Of a stretch of 64,000 nucleotides of DNA, positions 49,101-57,017 are shown in pieces (position 1 is the stretch's first letter; each line of letters begins with the position of its first letter). Below the pieces are notes generated by a model, which ran no database searches, had not been told where the DNA came from, and saw only the letters and a program-made list of their open reading frames with translations. The DNA is from a virus (lineage: Duplodnaviria > Heunggongvirae > Uroviricota > Caudoviricetes): the IMG/VR virus record IMGVR_UViG_3300045049_000270; one strand, 5' to 3'. Position numbers and translations under genes: made by a program.

Positions 49101-50922
49101 CTGTTGCAGAGTCTATTGGTTGTTGTGTTTGTCCAGCATAGCGCCATGCACTTTCGTAATCGAAAGTAACTATACCATTATTGATGGATTCCAAGGCAAA
49201 GTATTTCAAACCAGGAACTGCGGAACCATCAATGTTTAATTTATTATCATATTCAAAAGAACCGTACTGATTGTACACTGGGGCAAAACCTAGAACACTG
49301 TCAATTGGCGTTGTTCCAGTGGTATCATGTGAATATGCGAAGATTTCTGAGCCAGCAAATGTACTTGTTGGGTAGATTGTCGGATCAGCCAAACTTGTGC
49401 TATTACGATCGAATAGGTCGAACAATGGTGGTTGATCGCCATAAGCTTGTGCCTTTACCCATTTTGTTCCATTGAACCAATATTCAACACCATTTGTAGC
49501 CTCAACCGTGTCGTACTGTTTTGGAGTAATAAGTGATACCAAAGTTGGTGTGCCCCCCGGGGCTGAGACATAATACATGCCATCAGAAACCGAAGGATTT
49601 GCAGAATTAACGATGAGAATTTTCTTCCCAACTGGTAAACCAGCAACATTGATATTCACCCCCTCGTAAACCAAATCAACGTTATCTAGACGATTGACGC
49701 CGTAGTTGAACAACTTCAAACTATTAAAAAATTCAATAATTGGACGAGTTGCTTTAGCTGGTGCATAGCCATTACCATCATAGAAGATAATGCTCGAATG
49801 ATACCACCGATTGTTCAAACTCCATTGATTTTCAGAAATTGATCGTCGTTCAATTGTCCAATATTGTGGAACGGTGCGATGTACCATCTTTGGATCTTGA
49901 TCGATCATCTCGACGACCATTTGACCATTTTGCTTCTGAACATTGACTTCCTTGGCTACTTTCGTGTCCCAAAGATCAATATCCCATAGCATGACATCCC
50001 AATTATTATCCCAAGTGTCATCTTGAATTTCAACCAGCATACCGCGAACCAATGCTGGAGATGGATCCAGATCAATCGTTGGGAAGTTAAACATTCCTGT
50101 CTGAGTTTCCAATGATGCTTGGATTTCCCATGTAATCATGTCATTTGTTGACCATGGTTCTGTATCCCACAAAACGTCACTTTCTACGGTCTGTGATATA
50201 GTGCGTTGTTCACTTGCATAGGCGGTAGCCACCCCAGGGTAGGTGTATGCTGTTTTACCATCTATGTTCGCTTCAAATTCACCATTTGTCCAAATTTGAA
50301 TTTTAGAACCAGATGCTGGTGCTGACTGGAATGTCACTTCACCTACACCGTTGACTACGGTATATGTGAAGTTTGTAGCATAAACACCTTGAACTTTTAC
50401 TTTAACATTCACAATTGAGTTTGGCAAACTAACAGGTGCAGCAAACACAGTAGTTGTACCATCACCAGTATATGTATTAACTGGAATTGCGAAAGTCATG
50501 ATTGGTGGACCATCTGGCAACCAGTAATAGTTGCGATAATTGTCCAACATATCGAGATTAATTGGTGGACACCAGGTATAATAATCAGTTTCGAACAAAC
50601 GTTGATGATTATCAACCAATGCACCCTGGTAACGCAAGTTGTTGACTATATCTACATAGAATAACAGATTTTGTGTTGTATCTGACGAGTCAGTACTAAC
50701 CATTGCTGGTTCAAGCTGATAGAATGCGCGTTCGGCATCGTATTCTGGCTTGTAAAAATCAGTTTTTTGATTATAATACGATGGCTTTCTACCAATATAT
50801 GCATTGACATTCTGCAACTGACCAGGTTGGAATACTTGGTCAACTGTAGCGTTGAAAAACTTTTGCAGAGTTGTTGTCTGCTGAACAACTGGTAGTTGCT
50901 TAATAAAATTGCGTTGCGCCAT
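40105..50922 (-). CDS. giant (3605 aa) baseplate wedge / tail-associated structural protein
   Basis: Follows the gp6-like gene; YINEVKPYHVKIR, GDGTTT.F repeats, VTLNG..L.EG.DF repeats, WD pentads. Confidence 0.75.
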   Translation of the reverse strand: MAQRNFIKQLPVVQQTTTLQKFFNATVDQVFQPGQLQNVNAYIGRKPSYYNQKTDFYKPEYDAERAFYQLEPAMVSTDSSDTTQNLLFYVDIVNNLRYQGALVDNHQRLFETDYYTWCPPINLDMLDNYRNYYWLPDGPPIMTFAIPVNTYTGDGTTTVFAAPVSLPNSIVNVKVKVQGVYATNFTYTVVNGVGEVTFQSAPASGSKIQIWTNGEFEANIDGKTAYTYPGVATAYASEQRTISQTVESDVLWDTEPWSTNDMITWEIQASLETQTGMFNFPTIDLDPSPALVRGMLVEIQDDTWDNNWDVMLWDIDLWDTKVAKEVNVQKQNGQMVVEMIDQDPKMVHRTVPQYWTIERRSISENQWSLNNRWYHSSIIFYDGNGYAPAKATRPIIEFFNSLKLFNYGVNRLDNVDLVYEGVNINVAGLPVGKKILIVNSANPSVSDGMYYVSAPGGTPTLVSLITPKQYDTVEATNGVEYWFNGTKWVKAQAYGDQPPLFDLFDRNSTSLADPTIYPTSTFAGSEIFAYSHDTTGTTPIDSVLGFAPVYNQYGSFEYDNKLNIDGSAVPGLKYFALESINNGIVTFDYESAWRYAGQTQQPIDSATGFYSIPQNLQANPNNDDITTISRNDWYPQFQQILPENNWLWDSKYYTLTGGTNIVQNRDNLLKTMLMSSNKNIDVMKSMLYVEREYSRYRAKLVQYLTTMYTSGQIIDASSALTTALNYLKVTKTSSFAFFNNGMGGDNYYIPASGAYLGLTPLWKPEFIIQNSSTGGAAVMLRGHDGSLLPGFTKFATQNVSLTIQGVMVDGVEEELDIRDTVMMAYEQLLFNSCDASLQEQRRPAFDLKSVQPGKFRTTEYSVGEFNQVATPIFERWVARGQKDYTSNKIYDPNNTWTWNYKQLRDADGQSIPGYWRGIYRYYYDTDRPDTHPWEMLGYTSKPTWWDTYYSWTDSAKRTALIAAIVAGNVEQPPSVTIDPIFARADFARFIPVDTNGNLLDPFQAGIVVDTGNVTAYDQDWVFGDCGPVENSWWNSEYISFTLSELGYLLKPVRFIDTGWQTLDNQLVYPGQSNQWISKTLGRRPHFSDFTVHNEVVDKAPVRVVGFQQWISDYVRSNGQDITTTFGNHVRGLQVKLAHKVGAFTDSKTMQASTESQGVLPSENVTVQLYNSPSTREEFYSGVIIKWNGAGWVVIGYDVLDPVFSILPVDTNASKVKISLGALPAPAYPWLPNTFYQTGVQVTWQNATYSCIKSHTSVGIFEQEYWQLESSFAGASPSLDFYTSAQPNASVQTIPYGSVFYTMQEVCNFLAGYELYLKSRGWVFDQFDSSINENKDFRLAVRQFLNWAQVAWAPGTFITLSPLSDGVKFVTDHGAIQSVEQMVNGVYSILDRAGAYVDIKNTVVNRINGQIVVSTKDTTGIFGLRLCVSEIEHCVLFDNTTIFNDVIYQPLFNLRQNRIRMNFNLSTNWNGTLNAPGFVLTDNLMIPSFDRSVEDVRNMFSIEKPVYSVMRDYARHQIGYQSRSYLADIFTNELNQFEFYQGMIQQKGSAGALDKLLRNTTLTQTTNLEFLEEWAFLNGNYGGVSQENIVEFELTSDDIKQEPQQINFIDGTEGLTADQLTALQDPDSITLDLYSNSTAHDTRWIYPINTNTVFPTILDYTRHKGDLPTAGYVRIDEVTASAPSLASLNAMVQAGTVSLAVGNNVWIYNNGTSTFDVLRVDTALNGTGLNGLVTQNYISSITGNTIVMEYPTTFVVGDHLYISSPSNTSPDIGGVYTVSAVASDGVTITLAETITVSNTFSSQTTFPNTTIPEPGVDAPVVLRLFSMRFNEKHGGSMVSYMTQNSLSANFCSAVIVPSGGFTTNDYIYLDTGYEFALQSAYAAYQKRWAVFKWNGSEFVRYRSQAPRIDRKLIDSMKIYDTVTSLSSDSNLMQANPLLYPDVVPYDPVQGLIPGAAMREVYYMQEYDPARYNQGGSNVLALGMEWDESQVGRIWWNLDSTRFLLAETNDLTNLDSVDASTELKYRVKNWGSLAPNSEVDFYEWTESSVNPIDWMANFNAGSTPTIYDGPVFNSTNPSWVEKQVFDPSTGTYVTKFYFWVKNRQTTPNVPFRSISASAAAQIIANPANNGIAWAAPIASNAMIVAALSQYLTPTSSLQIRIRKNDAKVGKHSEWSLLRPGDPLSLPSVTLFSNMVSSIAGFNAENEPIPNPSLYVTTRVGNNLRVGQSWFKNLQGARKHLVEYLNNVFANLLLADDRPYALTALQKTHSDDQYLQWTQTQGSAYIEPIPNKALWKKQFASLQEFTNAYTKDPSVSPGLIMNLSGKTPFWSVMTEDTQGDINFATLWDKQVSSLTELNALIGQVADGTKVLVAANSATANMWTLWIYNSSTASFQLVTTQRYNTNDIFTIVDWYASGYDATMVPSAVYQNQAARQVALGANPTIHYTKINDDGQGRWMWQVWNDGVWTTVAKENGTIQLNDNIWQNTGNVFDVTGTLPSNFATLVANRDMGYELNYVLNALRDSVLLAEEQNELFFSMISYLHTEQDFVDWCFKTSFMYVQGFNANLIASPIASIDYTADLLSYINEVKPYHVKIRNFISKYGVSDTANVHATDFDKPVYFDSTQGKYRILDETNVADLAILASDPSYKDWYNNWVSGNNQVRKIVATLTFDRVSMLPSNGWDNEAWDIFDFDSYSGVGGAVDRLSQYWSGDATSQTGLMGVMKGTVFNGPVLGSNLASPTLYPTALTFVEDGKGHLIGTNLPSYVYFAQKFDTIGHLLPAPWDVANDNQPNYVWDQMNTTTWDALNQTTWNHLVQAGLNGQIYNAYEFEFTATQFDVNNGHRLEVYRNNKRLSLINGDYIVLADPNLANSWKIYFKMSDLGPYDNVVIMLVAADAPTEIIDGGIFANSTYSQIISGSIFQDPTHQANHPEELVQVLVTAGVRIKMHQTWTPGSASITLYESASPMTLPVAPQSKQAIALYDGGVRVAQNDYTYDARSLIVNYTGNDNPTFLDSVSFGFGGANQITGTDYFNGDGTTTTFPIDAVVDNPSDLFVTVDGVLNTAFSVNNNKLTFTTAPANGSFIKVVVMPSIVDANNNPMSGFNTVTVKEIDLTTLGGPLTFEAAFGLSTPPNPIQSIIEVDGLRVLSTGIYEAFVSPGNEILQLGQGVQYANLTATFNGSPIVIGTDVVQSFTIPASTRSVNLGSNWAASDMVVKNNGVVQVVGEVVGTAPGYPLSNLNPDAPELNSMTGVYWDQDLWDGVSLWDDPNQYLKYTIAPANATLVVYEGRLMSLNPLTADLTVTISFGNTIPNDLTNYSWDVPGQPGAVAQAIMMGDQIMMLGDVTGDLVVFDSAQADFNFTDPIAQQFPLAKRMTLTTFANANVMGIHTVSYDHITDNWFPIPGSFPTPGSLWVTLNGRKLREGADFYVTPANNGWDIPAWDTDARDEMSPFGPNSFAVRMNEENGIFANPGDHVIISTFTATQAQIPYDQIIYLDPLREYGISDISKITTHSDYYTLASDIDINTSNIVLQRVNGDGLPSIGSFDVDRNLHNPGVMMLNKEIVRFLQAKVDTNANTITLIDVERGYRGSSIFEHTQGETVIDLSQDSY

Positions 50923-53900
50923 TATGAAATCCGTAGGTTAGAAGCTGTATTGGAATTTACGATTACAATATCGCTTACCTGTGCTGTGCTAATAAACAAT
51001 TCGTCACTGTTGCTTCGTACTTCAAATAAATTACCAAAAACACCAGTTGGTGATGTTGGAACAATAACAACAGAACTGATGGCGGTGGCCAATTGAATAT
51101 GAATATATGCTGCCAATTCGGTGTAATAGAAAGTTTCTCCGAATTCCCATTTATTTACATCGAAATAAGAATTGATAGCCGCAATAATATTCGATCGAAT
51201 TTCACCATCACTCATTGTGGTGTTAGGTATCTTAACAACTTTGAACTGTGCTTGTAATTCAGTTTCTGCCGTTGAACCAAACAAGAATTTGTAGTTGACT
51301 GGGCGCCAAACAATCTGATCGCTGAACATCTTATATTGTTCGAGGCTTGCAAACTGCTGGGCCAACTCTACATCAGTTGGTGCTTTTGGTTGGGTCGATG
51401 GATCACAACCAGCTGCAATCCACTGGCGAATCAAAAAATCATATTCATATGTTAGAACAAATGCATCAATTACATTAGTGATTGCTGGGTCAATACGAGT
51501 ATCCAAGTCGGCATAGTGTTTCCATTGGAATTGCAATTTACCAGCACCTGGTAGAGCAACATAGCCAGGATCAGTAATCAATGTGGGAGCGCCATTCACA
51601 TATTTGTAAAACGTCTGTATATTTTCCGTTGTATTGATTAGACAGAAAATTGTTCCATCAGCAAATTGACCATTCTCAGGCATCACTTGATATGCATTAA
51701 TATCAAGTGGTTGCAACCCTGAATCTTGTGTTGTCGGATCACCATAAAAGAATACATAGCCAAAGTTTGTTGAATTATTAGCTACTACTGTTTGGAATAC
51801 ATCTGGAGTGTCAGGATTACCATCATTATCAGAATCCGTGGGTGTAACGATAACGCGAGTTGGATCTATGAAACCATCGCTTTCGTACATTGCTGACATA
51901 ATATCAAAACTTACACCGGTCAATGATGGCTGGAGAAAGGTAATATGATCGCGAACGGCCAATCCAGTGTTGGCATCAATTATTGATGCAGATGCATCAT
52001 TGTACCATTGGACATTGCTCATACTCTGGAATACGAATTTCAAACCTTGAATAATGTTGATAGTCCAGAAAGATGATCCTACATATTGAATATCAGCAAC
52101 ATGAATAGCTGGTAAACCATTAATTCCAATAACTGGTCCAGTAGAATTGATGTCCAGCACATTCCATGTACCAGCAATCATATCACCACTAGCCAACAAT
52201 GTGTTCATATCAAATTGATACCATAGTGAGAATGGTCGACGTGTTGTGAAATAATTCTGTACCTGTTGTAATTCTGTTGGTGCCAAATTGCTTGGTATTT
52301 GATTACTCAAACCAGGACGGAATGCTGGGCAAATTTGGATAATCGATGCACCATTTTGAATTGTTTCATCAGTTATCAAAGCATTCGATAACGCCAATTG
52401 GCTAACAAAATCAGGAATGGCACCAGCAGTATTCTGCGTAACATTACGAAGCACATTTGATTGGCTGATCTTCACCCATCGTGTTTTTGTAACAGCAGAC
52501 CCAGAAGTCATATCAGTCCATTGAACTTTCAATTGTGCTCCAGTTGTCAAGAAATTGAATAATGGGTAAATCGTATTGTTATCAGAATTCGAATTGATTG
52601 AAATTCCACCAGTTGCACTCCAACCTGCACCAGTTGATGCCACCCAAGTAGCAGTATTAGCTGGAATAGTCATCTGTGATGTATATGAATTCATCCACAA
52701 ATTAATGAAGTAATCTCGAAGTGAGATATTGTTCAACATTGGTTGAAGTTTATTAATTGCCAATTGTTCTGGCGTCAAATTAGCAGTTGTTGGAATATTC
52801 AAATATTGTGTGGTTGGCAGGGTGTACATCCAACCATCATCACTATAAACAACAGTGTCTTGGTATGTCGACGTAGGATCATTAATGTCTAAGTAACGAC
52901 TATGGCCTGAGTAAATTCTATTCACCGCATGCATCTTCACAATTTCGTTCGATGTTAATGGGTAAACGTTGTAATCCTCGCCAGAAACCATACGATTCTG
53001 TGATGCAAATGATTGTGGAGCACGACGACGAATGGCATCGATATCTTCACTAGCAACCGCATTAGCAACCGTTTCTTGCAATGAGAAAGTTAATGTTAGG
53101 GTCTGATTGCGACCAGTTACGTCAGTATAAGGGATAACAATCTGGCAATTCTGCATGTCGGATGGTCGCAATTGATATTGCTGACCATTTACTGTGCGAT
53201 ACCATAGACGTAGATTGCCTACTGGCACATCCCCAAATGTCCCATCGCCGAAACGCATCGTCACTTGATCGTTATCTTGCGTAATAACACTGTAGATGCT
53301 ACGAACGCTTGGTGCTACTGAATTGAATGTGATATTATCAGTAATAACGGTTGGGACTTGGGTCCATTGTGTTGTGATATTACTTGAACTATCGATTGAT
53401 TGAACCCAAACATCAGTCTGGCTGATATTGTTTACATTAATGTCTATTGTACGATTTTCAATAGGGTCGGGTAGATAGTATGTTGTCGATTGCAATGTTC
53501 CTTGCTTAAACAGCATAAAGAAACCAGTTCGTGTACTCGAATTTCCCAGACCATCATTCCGATATACTATATGGAATGCTTGTGATGGATCTGGATCTAA
53601 TTCCGAAAAACCAACGGTATCGAAATCAGTATTAACGATTTCGAATGGATTACTTGTGCCATCCACGTTTGCACTATATGAATAGACACATGTTGGATTT
53701 GACACATTGGTTAGAGCATACAGTTGTGTTGGGATGCTTGAAACACTGAGCGATTTTAATGGAATACCAAATGGATTAGTAGTTGGAAATGCGGCGTTCA
53801 ATACTACTGTGAATTGTTCCATCCAGTCTGGATTATCTGGATCGTTCCAGTTGATTGTCTGATTGTTTAGATTTGTTCCAAAACTGTCAAAAACGCTCTG

Positions 53901-54284
53901 GCTGGTTTTCACGTTTGTGATCTTTACTAGACCTCGAGCTGACTGCGCACGACGTGCATTGTAGCTCAGGAAGCGTGCCAGACGTAATACGGACTCACGA
54001 GCTTGTGCCGTTTCCAGAAAATTTTCGCGCGCATTGACATCTGTGCGGAAAGCCAGGGTACCAGCCAACCATGACAGCAAGTCAATGATCATCACGAATT
54101 CTTGATCTTCGATCCAATCGTTAAAGTCTTCAGGATAGTTTGTCTGAATATAGTTTTGTAGAGCAGTATTGATACTCGCAGGATCTGATGCATTGAAGTT
54201 GATCTGCGTGAATGCTCGATAAAGAACTGTCCAGTCCTGGCCTGAAAACAGCTCACTTTGTCTGATCTGTTGGTTTGATGACAT
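50922..54284 (-). CDS. baseplate wedge protein, T4 gp6-like
   Basis: ENFLETAQARESVLRLARFLSY, FGDGTFG, EDIDAIRRRAP, QNRMVSGEDY. Confidence 0.85.
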   Translation of the reverse strand: MSSNQQIRQSELFSGQDWTVLYRAFTQINFNASDPASINTALQNYIQTNYPEDFNDWIEDQEFVMIIDLLSWLAGTLAFRTDVNARENFLETAQARESVLRLARFLSYNARRAQSARGLVKITNVKTSQSVFDSFGTNLNNQTINWNDPDNPDWMEQFTVVLNAAFPTTNPFGIPLKSLSVSSIPTQLYALTNVSNPTCVYSYSANVDGTSNPFEIVNTDFDTVGFSELDPDPSQAFHIVYRNDGLGNSSTRTGFFMLFKQGTLQSTTYYLPDPIENRTIDINVNNISQTDVWVQSIDSSSNITTQWTQVPTVITDNITFNSVAPSVRSIYSVITQDNDQVTMRFGDGTFGDVPVGNLRLWYRTVNGQQYQLRPSDMQNCQIVIPYTDVTGRNQTLTLTFSLQETVANAVASEDIDAIRRRAPQSFASQNRMVSGEDYNVYPLTSNEIVKMHAVNRIYSGHSRYLDINDPTSTYQDTVVYSDDGWMYTLPTTQYLNIPTTANLTPEQLAINKLQPMLNNISLRDYFINLWMNSYTSQMTIPANTATWVASTGAGWSATGGISINSNSDNNTIYPLFNFLTTGAQLKVQWTDMTSGSAVTKTRWVKISQSNVLRNVTQNTAGAIPDFVSQLALSNALITDETIQNGASIIQICPAFRPGLSNQIPSNLAPTELQQVQNYFTTRRPFSLWYQFDMNTLLASGDMIAGTWNVLDINSTGPVIGINGLPAIHVADIQYVGSSFWTINIIQGLKFVFQSMSNVQWYNDASASIIDANTGLAVRDHITFLQPSLTGVSFDIMSAMYESDGFIDPTRVIVTPTDSDNDGNPDTPDVFQTVVANNSTNFGYVFFYGDPTTQDSGLQPLDINAYQVMPENGQFADGTIFCLINTTENIQTFYKYVNGAPTLITDPGYVALPGAGKLQFQWKHYADLDTRIDPAITNVIDAFVLTYEYDFLIRQWIAAGCDPSTQPKAPTDVELAQQFASLEQYKMFSDQIVWRPVNYKFLFGSTAETELQAQFKVVKIPNTTMSDGEIRSNIIAAINSYFDVNKWEFGETFYYTELAAYIHIQLATAISSVVIVPTSPTGVFGNLFEVRSNSDELFISTAQVSDIVIVNSNTASNLRIS

Positions 54285-54685
54285 TAGCTATTGTCTCCCA
54301 ATGACGCTGAAAGTGCGGATTGGCGGTTATTGAAGTCAACGATGAAAGTACCAATTGAGTTGTATGGAATGTAATTCAAGACTATTTCTACACGAATGCC
54401 TAAATCATATTGAATCACATTCACACTAACAACACTCAGACGAGGATCCAATTCGCAAATGCGAATTGCTTCTGTTTTGATACTGTCTACCAATTGTTGA
54501 GTGAATGGTTCTTCCAATTTGTACCAAATGGTGCAACCACGTTCTGGGCGCATTACCTGTTCACCAGGAAGAACATGGAAACGAACGTACAAGTCTTGTT
54601 CGATCAATTTCAGATCGTGTAGTGTTTTATCGCCACCATTGTCAGCAGACATACTACTGAAACCAGTGAATGTGAAGTTACTCAT
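54284..54685 (-). CDS. baseplate wedge subunit, gp25-like
   Basis: GEQVMRPERGC.I...L.EP, DPRL. Confidence 0.85.
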   Translation of the reverse strand: MSNFTFTGFSSMSADNGGDKTLHDLKLIEQDLYVRFHVLPGEQVMRPERGCTIWYKLEEPFTQQLVDSIKTEAIRICELDPRLSVVSVNVIQYDLGIRVEIVLNYIPYNSIGTFIVDFNNRQSALSASLGDNS

Positions 54686-54708
54686 TATCTTTCATCCAAT
54701 TATGTACT

Positions 54709-54732
54709 TATTTATTCACGGAATTAAATGCT
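54709..54732 (-). promoter_or_regulatory. late promoter AGCATTTAAT-N7-ATAAATA
   Basis: Bipartite motif upstream of the gp25-like gene. Confidence 0.65.
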
Positions 54733-54751
54733 CAGATAATGGTGAAACTCA

Positions 54752-54909
54752 GAGTTCTCTCTGGGTTCTGTATCGTCCGTGAAGGCTTAGCCAGCGATTA
54801 CAACCTTCATGAATTTGAGGAGTTCTCTCTGGGTTTGACATAAACATCTGATAGAGCCAGTGATACTGGCGACATGTTTTGTAACCTCCATGAATTATTC
54901 GTGAAGAAT
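54752..54909. repeat. two tandem copies of the structured TTCTCTCTGGGTT...AACCTYCATGAATT repeat
   Basis: Units at about 54755-54815 and 54823-54896; same termini as 28946-29108. Confidence 0.9.
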
Positions 54910-54924
54910 GATTTTTAATGGATG

Positions 54925-57009
54925 TTAAGTGGTAGTGGTACTATTAGCTTTAGCTGCGAATGCTTGTGCTCTTCCGCCTATTTTCTTTTGGAAGCCGTTG
55001 TAGACGTCTTGTACGGTTGAAGCCACTTTAAAGATATCTGGATTAGAAGTCACCACCCAGACTGGTACTACTGATCGTGCGTTTGCTGTTGGATCGGCTT
55101 TTAGGAATTTCAGAGCTCCTCCTGGTCCCAGGAAGTGAGCCATGTAGATATCGGTTGCTACGGGATCTCTGCCTAATCCTCTTTTGAGTATTGCTGTATT
55201 TTCTGCTGCGTAGAATGCGCCGAAGAGTGCTGATGCTTCTGGGTCTTTTTTCATTGCGAAGGTGATATTATATTGTGGGTATCGTTGCATCATAGACTTC
55301 CAGGTGCCGTCGGTGAATTGATATAAACCGTCAGCGGTTGATGCTGGTCGTGCTGAAGCATTGGGTCTGAATGCTGATTCAGTTGCACAGATAGCCATAA
55401 GAACGCCGATATCTACGCCTGTTATGCTTGCTGCTTTTTTTATAGCGTTCATTACTTCGATGGGGATATGGAAGCCGTTGATGCTTGTTTGTTGTCCGCT
55501 CAGGGATGGATTAGGTATTAGTTTGTCTTTACCATCGCCAGTAGTAACATTTGTTGTTGCTGGTTGATCGGTTGTACCATCACCAGGTTTGGTTTTAAAT
55601 GGTGATGGTCGATCAGTTGAACCATTTGGTTGGAATGGTACATTAGCGATTTGACCTTGTGGTGGTGTTGCTGCTTTGGATGATGGGTGACCGTTCCATG
55701 GTTCGTGAGTTGGCATTCTGCTAACGATGGTATTGATGCTTGTTGTGCCGTTAGTTTGTGTGGTTGGTACTATCTTTTCTGGTGCTGTTGCTTTATCAGC
55801 TTTATCGGGATCTGGGGCGGATCCACTATTATCTTGAATTTGTCCAGCTGAACGGATAATCGTACCTGCTTTTGTGGTATGATTTCCTCCTGCGCCAGTT
55901 TGCATATCGCCTGTAGCATACAAATTCACATTGCTTGATGCAGTGGCATCAAGATCAGATTGTGTTGATAGAGCCAGAGTTCCGGTTGATGTCAAAAGTA
56001 ATTGACCAGATGACAATCCACTCATATCGCGTGCTGATGCTAATTGTAGAGTACCACCGGAATTCAATGAAGTATTGCCTGTGCTCTGAGTTGCGATATT
56101 GCCACCTGAGGTAACGGTTACGTTACCACCGGCATCCAGATTGATATTTCGATCTGATCTTACGTTGAAGTCTTGTTCTGTGTGTAGACTAATAGAACCA
56201 CGTGAGTATATGTCAACGCCAGCGTCTGACACTTCAATCCATGAATTGCCTAATCCTGAGTTGATATAAACATAGCCATTAGTTTCGTGTACTAATACTT
56301 GGGTACCAGAACGAGTACGTAGACGGATGAACTCATTGTTTTCATTATCATCAACATATACTTGGTTTGCACGTGGAGTTAAAAATCCAAACACCTTTGA
56401 TGGTGCTTCACGACGTGCTGATGCTGATGTTGAACCTCGTTCGTAGTCATGTGTCAATCCCTGGGATTGTAGGCCCAAAGCTAGTGGATCGAATCGTGGG
56501 CGAATTGGGTTGGCCGTATTGATGTTTGGATCAGCTTTGTTATATTCAACGACTGGTGGCAAGCTGTTGTCTGCGTTATTCTCAAATGCGGTATCGATAG
56601 CCACACCAGGAACCATATGGTTCATATTTTGGGAATAGATACAAGCGAACCAGAAGCCTTTCGAAGCTTCACCATTAATGAAAGTAACCAGTACTTGATT
56701 TTCTACATCTGGTGGGACTGACCACCAGCCATAGCTTTGTTGGCTTTCACCATACAAATGTGAATTTGGTACACGATTAGCAGGGTCGCTTACGCCAGCG
56801 AATGGCGAAGCGTAGCTTACTACGAACCAATGTGCTTCATTTTTTGGATCGCCGCCCATTTCAGGAATGAAGACTTCAAGTCGACCCATACGTTGTTGAT
56901 CGACATTATTTTTTACAATACCAATGTAGATTTTCCCATCTACGATACGGCCGGCACCGGGTTCATTTTTATAGCCAGATGATGTGTGTTTAAAAGAGCC
57001 AAAAGACAT
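54925..57009 (-). CDS. baseplate hub/spike (gp5/VgrG-like) with a C-terminal lytic transglycosylase domain
   Basis: OB-fold GRLEVFIP / PPDVENQVLV, beta-helix repeats, and SLT motifs ESAFRPNA, GLYQF..GTW, YMAHFLGPGGA. Confidence 0.85.
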   Translation of the reverse strand: MSFGSFKHTSSGYKNEPGAGRIVDGKIYIGIVKNNVDQQRMGRLEVFIPEMGGDPKNEAHWFVVSYASPFAGVSDPANRVPNSHLYGESQQSYGWWSVPPDVENQVLVTFINGEASKGFWFACIYSQNMNHMVPGVAIDTAFENNADNSLPPVVEYNKADPNINTANPIRPRFDPLALGLQSQGLTHDYERGSTSASARREAPSKVFGFLTPRANQVYVDDNENNEFIRLRTRSGTQVLVHETNGYVYINSGLGNSWIEVSDAGVDIYSRGSISLHTEQDFNVRSDRNINLDAGGNVTVTSGGNIATQSTGNTSLNSGGTLQLASARDMSGLSSGQLLLTSTGTLALSTQSDLDATASSNVNLYATGDMQTGAGGNHTTKAGTIIRSAGQIQDNSGSAPDPDKADKATAPEKIVPTTQTNGTTSINTIVSRMPTHEPWNGHPSSKAATPPQGQIANVPFQPNGSTDRPSPFKTKPGDGTTDQPATTNVTTGDGKDKLIPNPSLSGQQTSINGFHIPIEVMNAIKKAASITGVDIGVLMAICATESAFRPNASARPASTADGLYQFTDGTWKSMMQRYPQYNITFAMKKDPEASALFGAFYAAENTAILKRGLGRDPVATDIYMAHFLGPGGALKFLKADPTANARSVVPVWVVTSNPDIFKVASTVQDVYNGFQKKIGGRAQAFAAKANSTTTT

Positions 57010-57017
57010 ATATTACC

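Noticed and set aside
54823-54896. Hammerhead ribozyme resemblance (CUGAUAGA-stem-GAC)
   Set aside because: The core deviates from CUGANGA...GAAA, there is no stem I/III with a cleavage triplet, and the other three units lack it.
54752-55600. Diversity-generating retroelement or integron attC interpretation of the repeats and skew
   Set aside because: No reverse transcriptase or integrase in the window, no TR/VR pair differing at adenines, and the GTT/AAC order is opposite to attC.
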